The notes: generated from the letters alone by a model not told the origin. Numbered from the stretch's first letter, positions 1-10,448 are shown. The stretch is DNA of 64,000 nt from an uncultured Syntrophomonadaceae bacterium (GCA_964492615.1 CAZBKZ010000002.1:1323-65322), one strand, 5' to 3'. Program-made: numbers and translations.

Positions 1-1
1 C

Positions 2-373
2 CATCCCTGGATTTTTACTGATGTCACTAACGGAATGCCTGCAGCTAATAATGAAGTATTTGGCCCTGTATGCTGTCTTATCAGGGCAGCTAACGATGAA
101 GAAGCTTTGCAGATCGCCAACAATTCTGAATATGGATTAAGCGGTTCTATTTTTACAGGCGATATCTTTTATGGCATACAGAAGGCGCGGTGTTTCAAAA
201 CAGGTATGGTTCATGTTAACGATCAGTCGATAAATGATGAACCCCAGGTTATGTTTGGCGGAGAAAAGGCTTCTGGTCTGGGCAGGTTCAATGCGCAATG
301 GGTAGTTGACAAGTTTACAACCGAACAATGGGTCAGTGTGCAATATAAAAACAGGGAGTATAACATTAATTAA
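2..373 (+). CDS. Aldehyde dehydrogenase family protein, C-terminal fragment. The gene starts upstream of the window.
   Basis: The frame is open from base 2. The motif EVFGPV and a C-terminal ALDH-like sequence are present. It ends at TAA 371-373. Confidence 0.8.
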   Translation, partial: HPWIFTDVTNGMPAANNEVFGPVCCLIRAANDEEALQIANNSEYGLSGSIFTGDIFYGIQKARCFKTGMVHVNDQSINDEPQVMFGGEKASGLGRFNAQWVVDKFTTEQWVSVQYKNREYNIN

Positions 374-837
374 CAAATTGATACTTTATTAAACTTATGG
401 TTATTCTGTATTGTTTTGTCGACCATGATTAAACTTTTGCATAAAAGCATGTCTGCTGCCGGCTTTGGATTGATCTGCCAATTATGTTTTATTTTATAGC
501 GATACTATGTTATTGTATAGGCTAAATACTTGACGTAATATTTTAAAGCAACTATTATAACCTCGACGACAGTGCCTGCTTGACCCTCTTTTAACTTAAT
601 TACCCGGTAAGGTCGATAAAATCTTTTAACTTGCACTTTACCAAAGGTGCATTTATTTACACGGGTTGGCAAATACCTTTTATTTAGAAAGGTCTTCTAG
701 CCTTGTATACTGTGTCGATAATAAAAATGCTAATATCATCTGGCTGTTTTGGATGATCTATCCAGGCTTTAATTACAGCGAATATTTGATTTGCATTATA
801 AACAATTTTACACAACGGTTTGCCGACTGTCCTGATA

Positions 838-1899
838 TTACTTTGCTTGGCTGACCAGCATTACTTTCGATGGCGCTATGTGAAGGCGTAATCTTTCTGA
901 TCTGTTAAGAGATGCTCCATATGTTTTTGGCACTCTGATCTGCAGGCGGGAGTCCCCGTTGCCACCTCCGGGAGTCGTAAGCATGACCACGGTCGAAGTA
1001 ACGTCATCAATAACCTGGTTAATCATGCAAGTAATGTTGTTGCTAACTACTCCGTTGGCAAAGACCAGGTCATCTTCTTTTACCACGACATGTGAAATGC
1101 AGGTTGGTACCACATTGTTTGTGCTTAACCTTGCTCCCCAGTCAATTGCATCAACGGTGTAATCGTCGATGGCCCTGGCGCGGGAGATATTTTTTAGACC
1201 AAGGATTAGGCATTCTGAAAGGGTGGAAGGAGCTTCAAAAAGATCTCTTACTGGCTTTTTTCGCTCCGCGTAACCATCGTTTAGAACACAAACGCTGTCG
1301 CTTAAGCGGTAAACTTCATCCTGCTTGTGTGAGACAAGCAAGGAAGTTCCCCCGTAAGATTCTAAAACTTCAATTAGTTCAAGCTCAAGCTGCCATCTGA
1401 GGTGTGAATCAAGGGCTGAGAACGGTTCATCCAGCATTAGCAGTTTCGGATTGTTGATCAGGATCCGCGCCAGGGCAACCCGCTGCTGTTGTCCGCCGGA
1501 TAGCTCGGCGGGACGTTTTTTCTCCTGGCCGCCAAGCTTCATCCGCTCAACCATGGCTGCGACCGCTTTTTGCCTCTTGATCCAGCCCATTTGCCTTGTA
1601 CCGCAGGCGATATTCTCTTCCACAGTCATGTTTGGAAACAAGGCATACTGCTGAAACAGGTAGCCGACCTGGCGCTTCTGGGGTGGCAGGTCGATTCCCT
1701 TATTTGAATCGAATAAAATCTGCCCGTCAAGTACAATTTTTCCCGCTGCCGGTTTTTCAATGCCCGCGATGCATTTCAAGGTCATGCTCTTGCCGCTGCC
1801 GGAGGTGCCAAGAAGGGCCATCTTTTCACGGGTGGCTTCGAAAGCCACTTCAAGGTTAAAGTTAGGCAAGGTCTTCTTAATATCTACCACCAACGCCAT
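838..1899 (-). CDS. modC: Molybdate ABC transporter ATP-binding protein with a C-terminal TOBE/Mop domain.
   Basis: Walker A GTSGSGKS, ABC signature LSGGQQQRVALAR, and a C-terminal molybdate-binding TOBE-like region. It is the last gene of the modABC operon. Confidence 0.9.
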   Translation of the reverse strand: MALVVDIKKTLPNFNLEVAFEATREKMALLGTSGSGKSMTLKCIAGIEKPAAGKIVLDGQILFDSNKGIDLPPQKRQVGYLFQQYALFPNMTVEENIACGTRQMGWIKRQKAVAAMVERMKLGGQEKKRPAELSGGQQQRVALARILINNPKLLMLDEPFSALDSHLRWQLELELIEVLESYGGTSLLVSHKQDEVYRLSDSVCVLNDGYAERKKPVRDLFEAPSTLSECLILGLKNISRARAIDDYTVDAIDWGARLSTNNVVPTCISHVVVKEDDLVFANGVVSNNITCMINQVIDDVTSTVVMLTTPGGGNGDSRLQIRVPKTYGASLNRSERLRLHIAPSKVMLVSQAK

Positions 1900-1920
1900 A
1901 AACTGAAACCCCCCTTTCGT

Positions 1921-2601
1921 TTAAACAGCATTTTTTGTCCTGATGGTCAGGTTTCTTTTTTCAAGCATGTTAACCGCCAGTAAAACTACTGCAGAAATAG
2001 CAATGTTGATTATGACCCAGCGAAGGGCCATTTCATCATTATTAATCCGCCAGTATTGATAGACGGTGGTCGCTATCGTAGCGGTATTACCCGGAATGTA
2101 GCCGGCAATCATGATCGTTGCCCCGAATTCACCAAGCGCCCTGGCGAAAGCTAAAACCGTGCCGGCCAGGATGCCCTGCCGACAGTAAGGCATGCGGATC
2201 CGCCAGAAAATAAAAGTATTTGAAAGACCTAAGGTCTGTCCAGAGTAGGCCAGGGTTTCATCAAAGGCCTCGAAAGCCCCCCGGACTGTACGATACATTA
2301 AGGGAAAGGAAATGATAACAGTGGCAAAGATGGCGCTCCACCAGACCATGACCAGCTTGATGCCGAATAGATCCTGAAAGAATATGCCGATCGGGTGGTT
2401 AGGACCAAGAATTCTGATGATCAGGTAGCCGACAACCGTGGGCGGCAGGACCAGAGGCAGGGTTAAAAATACATCCAGGAAACCCTTGATCACCTTGTTG
2501 GCTCTGGAAATGTGGTAGGCGAAAAAAATACCGAGGAAGAATACGGCTATGGTTGAGATAAGGGCGATCCTGATTGAATTAAGAAGTGGGAAAAAATCCA
2601 T
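1921..2601 (-). CDS. modB: Molybdate ABC transporter permease.
   Basis: Polytopic membrane protein with the EAA-like permease loop (AFARALGEFGATIMIAG). It lies between modA and modC. Confidence 0.9.
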   Translation of the reverse strand: MDFFPLLNSIRIALISTIAVFFLGIFFAYHISRANKVIKGFLDVFLTLPLVLPPTVVGYLIIRILGPNHPIGIFFQDLFGIKLVMVWWSAIFATVIISFPLMYRTVRGAFEAFDETLAYSGQTLGLSNTFIFWRIRMPYCRQGILAGTVLAFARALGEFGATIMIAGYIPGNTATIATTVYQYWRINNDEMALRWVIINIAISAVVLLAVNMLEKRNLTIRTKNAV

Positions 2602-2715
2602 ATGATACTCCTTATATCGCTGATTCAGTCATTTCTGTATATATTCAGCCGTGCCTGTCAGAATTATAGATCTGCTTATCCCACAGGCACAGCCGGAACA
2701 ACATGGTGCCTAAGG

Positions 2716-3600
2716 CTAACGGATCGGGGTAAAGCCGAAAGCTTCTAATAAAGCAGCCCCTTCAGGACCTGTTAAAAAGTCCAGGTAGGCTTTAGCTTCA
2801 TCAACTGCCTTACTGCTCTTCATAACTGCGGCGGGATAAATAACCTGTCCGTCGGTCATCTCCTTGGTTGCCTGATCGACTACCTCAAGATTGGCGGCCT
2901 TGGCATCGGTGGAGTAGATCACTCCGCAATCAACAAGTCCCTCTGCTACCTGGGTTGTAACCTCCTTTACCGTTGAGGCATACGTGATCACCCCGGAGGC
3001 GGCCAGGGCCACTTCATCAAGGCTGTAGTATAATAATATTTTTGAAGTATATTGACCCACGGGAACATCAATATTGCCCATGGCCATTAAAATATCGCCT
3101 TCAATAAGGCGCGTGGCCAGTTCATCAAAACTGCCAATATTGCCGGGATTGCCGCCGGGCACTGCCAAAACTACCTTGTTTTCAAGGATGTTTTTACGGG
3201 TTTCTTCAAGGACAAAATCCAATTGACCTACATTGACTGCCGGGTCTGCGCTGATGTCAAGTTCATTCATTGCTTTTTGGGCGGCGGAAATATATACGTC
3301 GCAATTGGCGCCCTCTTCAATCTGGGTTTTAAGGGTTCCTGAGGAATCGAGGTTTGTAATAATCGTAACATGCGGGTTTGCCTCCATGTAGGCCCTGTTT
3401 ATTTCTTCAATTACTTCAGTCATGGAAGCAGCGGCGAAAACAATTAGTTCAACATCCTGCGCTTCGGGAGTAGTTACTTCGGGATCGGCATCTTCTGCAA
3501 GCTTGCTGTCCCGGATTACCACTTCATTTGTGCTACAGCCGGCAATGCTGAACAGCAGAAACAGTGCCAGCAAAACATAAAAGATTTTTTTATAGTTCAT
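2716..3600 (-). CDS. modA: Molybdate-binding periplasmic lipoprotein.
   Basis: ModA-family sequence. Start chosen at ATG 3598-3600 (MNYKK...), which has a GGAGG RBS. The lipobox is LFSIAGC. The longer ORF to 3648 lacks an RBS. Confidence 0.85.
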   Translation of the reverse strand: MNYKKIFYVLLALFLLFSIAGCSTNEVVIRDSKLAEDADPEVTTPEAQDVELIVFAAASMTEVIEEINRAYMEANPHVTIITNLDSSGTLKTQIEEGANCDVYISAAQKAMNELDISADPAVNVGQLDFVLEETRKNILENKVVLAVPGGNPGNIGSFDELATRLIEGDILMAMGNIDVPVGQYTSKILLYYSLDEVALAASGVITYASTVKEVTTQVAEGLVDCGVIYSTDAKAANLEVVDQATKEMTDGQVIYPAAVMKSSKAVDEAKAYLDFLTGPEGAALLEAFGFTPIR

Positions 3601-3615
3601 TACCGAACCTCCTGC

Positions 3616-3663
3616 AATATATATTCTTGTTCGAAAATATATTCTCAAATGAGAGTATATATT
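3616..3663. promoter_or_regulatory. Candidate ModE-type operator in the divergent modA / modE-like promoter region. It carries repeated ATATAT/TATATA motifs and an imperfect inverted repeat.
   Basis: AATATATTCTC..GAGAGTATATATT imperfect palindrome, with three ATATAT blocks between the divergent starts. Confidence 0.35.
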
Positions 3664-3772
3664 AAAAATTCCTGGCTGGCAATAATTAATTTGAAAAAAT
3701 TATTATTCATTGTTATGATCCAGTTAGGATATTGCATGTATTTTAGCTAAAATTATCTGTAGAGGTTGGAAA

Positions 3773-4129
3773 ATGTTGAATAAAATGCACCCAAAAACCA
3801 GGTTAACCATCTATAATGATTACAAGCCGGCAGCAAGGGGTTTCGGGCGCGGAATAGTCATGCTCCTGGATAATATAGAGAATACAGGATCTATTAAAAA
3901 AGCTGCCCGGACCATGGGAATGGCTTATTCAAAAGCTTGGAAGATGTTGACAGAGGTTGAGAAGGAATTTGGTATTAATCTGCTCAAGCGAGACGGGCAC
4001 AGGGGATCAACTTTAAGCCCGCAAGCCAAGCTGTTGCTTGATGCATATAAAAGTGCCTTGAAAGAGGTTGATGAAACCACCGAAAGCGCCTTTAAAAAAC
4101 ACTTTAAGGATCTGCGTTTTGATAGATAA
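3773..4129 (+). CDS. ModE N-terminal-domain-like winged-HTH regulator. It is short and has no Mop/TOBE domains.
   Basis: GSIKKAARTMGMAYSKAWKMLTEVE...LLKRDGHRGSTLSPQAKLL matches the ModE/LysR-type HTH domain. It is divergent from modABC. Confidence 0.75.
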   Translation: MLNKMHPKTRLTIYNDYKPAARGFGRGIVMLLDNIENTGSIKKAARTMGMAYSKAWKMLTEVEKEFGINLLKRDGHRGSTLSPQAKLLLDAYKSALKEVDETTESAFKKHFKDLRFDR

Positions 4130-4230
4130 GGATGATCGTTATTAAACCTGTAAAATCTGCTTGCTTTATTAGCTTTTCTAATCCTGCATAATGAATAATT
4201 ATATCTGACCGCATAAACAATGAAAGGTCT

Positions 4231-4256
4231 CTGCTATGTCAATATTGACATAGCAG
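4231..4256. promoter_or_regulatory. Perfect 26-bp palindrome CTGCTATGTCAATATTGACATAGCAG. It is either an operator or a terminator hairpin.
   Basis: Perfect inverted repeat about 100 nt downstream of the modE-like stop and about 780 nt upstream of the mop start. The downstream T-tract is weak. Confidence 0.5.
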
Positions 4257-5034
4257 CTATTATATGTTTTAATTGTTACGATTATAGATGTTTATTAAAC
4301 ACCTTGTAGGGTGAACTGTTGCTTGTTGGCCTGCCTGGTATTAATTAAAGCATAAAGAAGCAATGCAATAAGCTGCGAGTAACTAAATAAAAGAACGGTC
4401 ACTGCTAAACTGTGAAACATTCGAACTTCAGTTGCTTAAGCTGTTAGCTATGAACCGGAGATTTTGTGGTGTGGGATGAAACATCTAATTCTCCCGTTTC
4501 GGAAAGGGTGTTTAGTTTGTGGCCTAATATTGTTTCGTTTCAACTTGCGAAATTATTCACATGATACTCCTGTTGAAGGTTTTTACCTTTCGCAGGAGTT
4601 CTTGTTTTTATAAGGTATTTTGCTAAATCTTAACAGGGAGATTAGATCCTCTGAAAACATATTTCACAGTTGTTGGAAATATACATCAGGTGATTGTATG
4701 CTACAAACTGTGCTTAATTGCTCTCCAGGGTAACAGCCTTCATCTTGCTGATATGGAAGTGAGTAATAAAGCCGGCCAGGATAAAAGTTGGTGAGATGGC
4801 TAATTTTGCTGACAGAATCTGGTCAGAAAATTTCAGTTGCCTTTACTCTGTGAGCATGATGTTCAGCTGTTACGTATCTGACTAAGGGCTGGTTGTTTGG
4901 AGGAGCAGCCGGTATTTTTGATTTTGATTACAGTAAAGCTGTTTGGTTTAGTCCGGTTCTTTTTCTTGGAGAGGAGGAGATTGAACAAGTTATAAAGGCG
5001 ATGCAGTCACTAATTTAGGCGAGGAGATGAAAAA

Positions 5035-7752
5035 GTGCTAAAAAAAGTTATAACGGTAAATGGATTGGAAAGAACCCTAATTGTTGAGCCGGAAAGAAGT
5101 TTGGCAAGTGTTCTCAGGGAACAGCTTTTACTGACAGGCTGTAAAGTCGGTTGCAACCAGGGTCAGTGCGGGTGCTGTTCAGTGGTTCTTGATGGCGAGG
5201 TTGTCCGTTCCTGCGTAACGAAGATGAAGCGGGTACCTGATTATGCTGAAATTTGGACCATTGAGGGGATCGGAACCGCCCAAAACCTGCATCCCTTGCA
5301 GGTGGCCTGGATGGCCTATGGTTGTGCCCAGTGTGGTTTTTGCAGTCCGGGCTTTATCATGTCGGCCAAGGTTTTACTGGAGAAGAACCCCGATCCGACC
5401 AGGGAGGAAGTTAGAGACTGGTTCCAGAAAAACCGCAATGCCTGCCGTTGTACCGGTTACAAGCCGCTTGTTGATGCAGTGATGGCGGCGGCCAAGGTTC
5501 TGCGGGGCGAAATGCACAAGGAAGAGCTGCTCTACAAACCGGTGGGCAACAAAATTTACGGCACTAATTACCACCGTCCTTCGGCGATGCAAAAAGTTAC
5601 CGGAACCTGGGACTACGGCGCCGATGTAGCCTTGCAGATGCCCTCTGACACCCTGCGTCTGGCCCTGGTGCAGGCCGAAGTTTCACATGCAAACATCAAG
5701 GGTATTGATACATCTGAAGCGGAAAAGATGCCCGGTGTTTATCAGGTTATCACCCACAAGGATGTAAAAGGTAATAACCGGATTAATGGTATGGTTACTT
5801 TCCCCTCAAACAAGGGAGATGGTTGGGATCGCCCCATCCTTTGTGATGAAAAAGTTTTTCAATACGGTGACACCATTGCCATAGTTGCCGCCGATACGGT
5901 TGAGCATGCCAGGGCGGCAGCCAAAGAAGTTAAAGTGGATCTGGAAGTTTTACCTGCCTATATGAGCGCACCGGCGGCCATGGAGTCCGATGCTATAGAG
6001 ATTCACCCTGGAACTCCAAATGTTTATTTTGAGCAGGGTGTTGAAAAGGGAGAAGACCCGAAACCCTTCATGGAGAACAGCGATCTTGTAACTGTAGAGG
6101 TTAGCACGATCTGCAGCCGTCAGCCTCATCTAATGTTGGAACCAGACTGTGGTTCTGCCTATTTTGATGAAGAAGGACGGTTAACCATCCACTCCAAGAG
6201 TATCGGTATTTACCTGCACCGCGATATGATTTACGAAGGGCTGGGCATTGAGCCAGAAAATCTACGTATTGTGGCCAATCCCACCGGCGGCACCTTTGGG
6301 TATAAATTCTGCCCCACCAACGAAGCTTTACTCGGTGTGGCATGCATGGCTACCGGAAAACCAGTCTCTCTTGTATTTGACATGCACCAGACCATTACCT
6401 ATACCGGAAAACGCTCTCCCGGCTTTGTAACTTGCAAATTGGCTGCAGATAAGGAAGGTAAACTGTTGGCGATGGAGTCAGATTGGACCATTGATCATGG
6501 CCCGTACTCAGAATTTGGAGATCTACTGACCTTGCGCCTCGCTCAGTTTATAGGGGCCGGTTATGATATCCCCAATATTAAGGGTAAAGGACGCACAGTT
6601 TGTACTAATCACGCCTGGGGAGCCCCCTTCAGAGCCTACGGCTCACCGCAGTCTTTCCTGGCTTCTGAAACGGCAATGGATGAGTTGGCGGAAAAACTGG
6701 GCATGGACCCCTTCGACCTGCGCTTTAAAAACATCTATCGTCCCGGAGCGACCACACCGTCACAGCAGGTGCCGGATGTTTACTGTTTTGAGGATATGTT
6801 TAACAAGCTTAGGCCTCACTGGGAAGAAGCGAAAAAACGCTGCAGCGACTTTAACAAACTCGGAAAAAAACGTGGTGTTGGGCTTTCCCTTGGCATTTAC
6901 GGTTGCGGCACCGACGGCCCCGATACCTCGGAAATATTTGTGGAACTGACAAAAGAAGGGGTTACCGTTGGCAGCACCTGGGAAGATCATGGGCAAGGGG
7001 CAGATATCGGCACCTTGACCCATGCCCACGAAACCTTGCGTCAGGCAGGAATCAAGCCGGAGCAGATCAGACTGGTCATGAACGATATGGCCCTTTCACC
7101 CGATAGCGGCCCCTCAGGCGGGAGCCGGCAAAACCTGGTGACCGGTAATGCACTCAGGGTTGGCAGTGAAAGACTCATTGAAGCGATGCGTAAGGAGGAC
7201 GGAACATTCCGCACCTATGACGAGATGGTTGCAGAAAATATACCGCTACGTTATGAGGGTAAGTGGACTGCAAGCATGTGCACCATGTGTGATGCTGAAA
7301 AAGGGCAGGGGGATCCTTTTGCCGGATATGTTTACGAACTCTTTATGCCCGAGGTGGAAGTTGACCTTGAATCGGGCAAGGCAAAAGTGGTTAAGTTTAC
7401 CACGGTTGTAGACTGCGGCACCATTTCGAACAAGAGTGCAGTAGACGGCCAAATCTACGGAGGGTTGGCCCAGGGCATAGGTCTGGCTCTTTCCGAGGAC
7501 TTTGACGATTTGGAAGTTCACACTAACCTCCTGAAATGCGGACTTCCCTATATTAAGGATGTTCCCGATGACATGGAGATCATTTACAATGTTGAGCCGC
7601 GCCCCCATGGGCCTTATGGCGCTTCCGGAGTCGGTGAAGGCCCGTTGACCGCACCTCACCCGGCTATACTTAACGCAATCTATAATGCCTGCGGTGTCAG
7701 GATTTATGATATTCCAGCACTCCCGGAAAAGATTAAAGCCAAGCTTAAATAA
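5035..7752 (+). CDS. mop: Molybdopterin aldehyde oxidoreductase of the D. gigas MOP type: an N-terminal plant-type [2Fe-2S] domain fused to a xanthine-dehydrogenase-family Mo-MCD domain, with no FAD domain.
   Basis: GTG start with a GAGGAG RBS. Cys motifs CNQGQCGCCS and CAQCGFCSPGF. The a/b-hammerhead and Moco-binding regions are present. 905 aa. Confidence 0.85.
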   Translation: MLKKVITVNGLERTLIVEPERSLASVLREQLLLTGCKVGCNQGQCGCCSVVLDGEVVRSCVTKMKRVPDYAEIWTIEGIGTAQNLHPLQVAWMAYGCAQCGFCSPGFIMSAKVLLEKNPDPTREEVRDWFQKNRNACRCTGYKPLVDAVMAAAKVLRGEMHKEELLYKPVGNKIYGTNYHRPSAMQKVTGTWDYGADVALQMPSDTLRLALVQAEVSHANIKGIDTSEAEKMPGVYQVITHKDVKGNNRINGMVTFPSNKGDGWDRPILCDEKVFQYGDTIAIVAADTVEHARAAAKEVKVDLEVLPAYMSAPAAMESDAIEIHPGTPNVYFEQGVEKGEDPKPFMENSDLVTVEVSTICSRQPHLMLEPDCGSAYFDEEGRLTIHSKSIGIYLHRDMIYEGLGIEPENLRIVANPTGGTFGYKFCPTNEALLGVACMATGKPVSLVFDMHQTITYTGKRSPGFVTCKLAADKEGKLLAMESDWTIDHGPYSEFGDLLTLRLAQFIGAGYDIPNIKGKGRTVCTNHAWGAPFRAYGSPQSFLASETAMDELAEKLGMDPFDLRFKNIYRPGATTPSQQVPDVYCFEDMFNKLRPHWEEAKKRCSDFNKLGKKRGVGLSLGIYGCGTDGPDTSEIFVELTKEGVTVGSTWEDHGQGADIGTLTHAHETLRQAGIKPEQIRLVMNDMALSPDSGPSGGSRQNLVTGNALRVGSERLIEAMRKEDGTFRTYDEMVAENIPLRYEGKWTASMCTMCDAEKGQGDPFAGYVYELFMPEVEVDLESGKAKVVKFTTVVDCGTISNKSAVDGQIYGGLAQGIGLALSEDFDDLEVHTNLLKCGLPYIKDVPDDMEIIYNVEPRPHGPYGASGVGEGPLTAPHPAILNAIYNACGVRIYDIPALPEKIKAKLK

Positions 7753-7782
7753 AAGGTCGGTTTTGTGGGTTCACCTTGAGGA

Positions 7783-7810
7783 GAACTGTCGTATCTTGTG
7801 GCGACAGTTC
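7783..7810 (+). promoter_or_regulatory. Stem-loop GAACTGTCG-N10-CGACAGTTC between mop and the downstream oxidoreductase gene.
   Basis: Perfect 9-bp inverted repeat. There is no U-tract, so it is either a weak terminator/attenuator or an operator. Confidence 0.35.
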
Positions 7811-7863
7811 GCTTCAACCGCTATCATCATGCAACATAGACCGATTCAAAGGGAGAGCTCAGG

Positions 7864-10210
7864 ATGGATCATAATTATTTGCACGAGGTAGAGGCTAAAT
7901 GCACACAGGATCAGCAGCCAGGATGTGTGGCAGGTTGTCCTGTCCATGTTGACATTCCAGCATTGATTGCAGCTGTAAAAAAAAGGCGATTACTCGAAAG
8001 GTTTTGCCGTATTTAGAAAACATGTACCATTTCCCGGGATCATCAGCCATATTTGCAACCAGCCCTGTCAACTATCGTGCAAAAGGTCTGAGATAGATCA
8101 TCCTGTTGCAATTAATATCATGGAGCGGGTTTGTGTGCTGACTGGGGATGGCAGTTTGTCGGAAAGGTCGGGCGCCCTGCCGGTGAAAGAACGCAACAAA
8201 AAAGCAGCTGTTATCGGAGCCGGTTTAAGCGGCCTTACTGTTGCATGGGAGTTGGTAAAAAAGGGTTACCCTGTAACCATCTTCGAGCTTTCAGAACAGC
8301 CTGGAGGAAAAATTTTAAAAGAATCTGAAGAACGAATGCCGCGTCATATTATTGAAAAAGATTTTGCCCCGCTAATCAACAACTCCATGCTTGAAACCTG
8401 TTGGGGCTCCGGGGTTGGTGTCAGCGGCGGGATGGTTAACTTTGCCGATCTCCTTGCCCGTTATGATGCCATTTACCTAGGTACAGGTTCAAACTACGCG
8501 CTTCCTGCAGGGGTGGATCTCACCTTTGATGAGCAGGGGTTCCCCAGTCATGATCCAAAAACCCTGGCAACGGCAATTGACAAGGTCTTCATCGGCGGCA
8601 GCCTAATCCTGGAGAGCGAGAAAAGATCACCCATTGAATCAGTTAGCCATGGTAAAATAGCTGCTCTTTCTATTGACCGTTTCCTGCAGGGCGTATCACT
8701 GACTGCAGGGCGCTCACGAGAAGGGGCTTATGAAACCCTACTCTATACATCACTTAAAGGCATTTCCCCTGAACCTGTATATATTGAAGATCGACCGGGA
8801 GAATTACCAAATTCGGAACAAACTTTACAGGAGGCAAATCGCTGCCTTTTATGTACCTGCCTTGAATGTGTAAAGGCCTGCCCCTACCTGGAGCATTATG
8901 GGTCATACCCGAAAAAGTATGTCAGGGAGATTCACAATAACCTGATTATCATTAAAGGTGGGCGTGGCGCAAATGAAAAGATCAATAGCTGCAGTCTCTG
9001 CGGTTTATGTGCCGAAGTTTGTCCTGGCAATTTAGACATGGGCGAGTTTTGTTTCAAAGCCCGGAAGAAGATGGTCGAGACTGGCAAAATGCCCCCTTCA
9101 GCGCACGATTTTGCCTTGCAGGATATGGCATTCAGCACAAGTGAGCTGGTTGCCCTGCATAGGCACCAACCGGGTTTTAGCAAGAGCAGGGCCCTGTTTT
9201 TTCCCGGTTGCCAGTTAAGTGCTTCATCTCCACATTATGTAGGAAGGCTTTATACTTACCTGAGGGAAAAAATTGATGGTGGAGTTGGTTTGAGTCTCAG
9301 TTGCTGCGGCGCGCCTGCCCAATGGGCGGGCAGGGAAGACCTTTTTAATGAAAATATTGATTTACTGAAAAAAAACTGGACCGCATTAGGCAACCCGGCC
9401 ATTATTACCGGCTGCCCGACCTGCTTCAGTGTTTTCAGAAAGGTGTTGCCCGATCTGGATTGTGAGACAATCTGGACAGTTCTTGACCGGGTTGGCCTGC
9501 CAGAAAACAGCGGTGCCGGGGTTAAGATGAAAAAACTGGCTGTTCACGATGCCTGCACCACAAGGTACGACAAACCTCTGCAAAATAGTATTCGTAACAT
9601 TTTACTTGCTCTTGGGCACCAGGTACAAGAGCTTGAAAACAGCCGGGAGACAACAACCTGTTGTGGTTATGGCGGTTTGATGAGTTATGTTAACCGTGAG
9701 GTTGCCCGTAAAGTGGTTGAAAAGCGTATCGCCGAAAACCCTGAAGATTACCTGGCATACTGTGCCATCTGCCGCGACCATTTTGCGGCCCGGGGCAAAA
9801 GAACTTACCACCTTCTTGATCTCATTTTTGGCAGTTCTGACCACGACCTTGCAGGCGATCAAGGCCCTGGTTTTTCAAAACGCCAGGAAAACCGCTACCG
9901 CTGCAAGAAGAGCCTCTTAAAAAAAGTCTGGGGTGAAGAGATTCAAACCAGGGAGCCTGGCTTTGAACTGGCCATCAGCGCCGCCGTGCGCAGCAGCATG
10001 GAGGAGAGGATGATTCTTACCGGTGATATAATCGAAGTGATCAGTCATGCCCGCAGCAGTGGAAATGTAATGGAAAATACTGAAACAGGGACCATGGTCG
10101 CTTACTATAAACACCGCAACGTTACCTACTGGGTTGAATTCACCGTGGAAAACGAAAGTATCTATCACATTCAAAAAGCGTACAGCCACCGCCTAGTAAT
10201 TAAGGGGTAA
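7864..10210 (+). pseudogene. GltD-like NAD(P)H:FAD oxidoreductase fused to 2x[4Fe-4S] ferredoxin and HdrD/GlpC-like 2xCCG domains. It is interrupted by a +1 frameshift in an A8 tract at 7977-7984.
   Basis: ATG 7864 has a GGGAGAG RBS and encodes MDHNYLHEVEAKCTQDQQPGCVAGCPVHVDIP, the GltD N-terminal Fe-S motif. Removing one A joins it in-frame to ICNQPCQLSC...AVIGAGLSGL and so to ORF 8120..10210. Two CCG motifs are present (SCCGAP, TCCGYGG). Confidence 0.7.
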
Positions 10211-10221
10211 AGGAGAACCAA

Positions 10222-10416
10222 ATGAGTGAAACCAGTAAAATATTATGCAGCCGCTGCGGTATTTACTTGACCATGGGCACGGTTACCCTTACCTACCTGG
10301 AGGCCAGTTTCCCGGCTGAACTTTACAAGTGCGCTAAATGCGGCCTGGTCTACATCCCCGAGGATTTGGCTCTGGGCAAGATGGCGCAGGTAGAGAAAAC
10401 ACTGGAAGACAAGTAA
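10222..10416 (+). CDS. Small zinc-ribbon protein (CxxC-N24-CxxC).
   Basis: 64 aa with an AGGAGA RBS. Two CxxC pairs. Confidence 0.6.
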   Translation: MSETSKILCSRCGIYLTMGTVTLTYLEASFPAELYKCAKCGLVYIPEDLALGKMAQVEKTLEDK

Positions 10417-10448
10417 ACCAGCGGTATGTTTTAGGAGGTTAAAAGAAA

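Noticed and set aside
374-837. Terminator hairpins expected between the convergent ALDH and modC genes.
   Set aside because: Only weak AT-rich stems were found (e.g. AAAGGT-N26-ACCTTT). None is convincing enough to annotate.
666-854. ORF of 62 aa in the convergent ALDH/modC intergenic region.
   Set aside because: No RBS. AT-rich low-complexity translation. It overlaps the modC stop. Probably non-coding.
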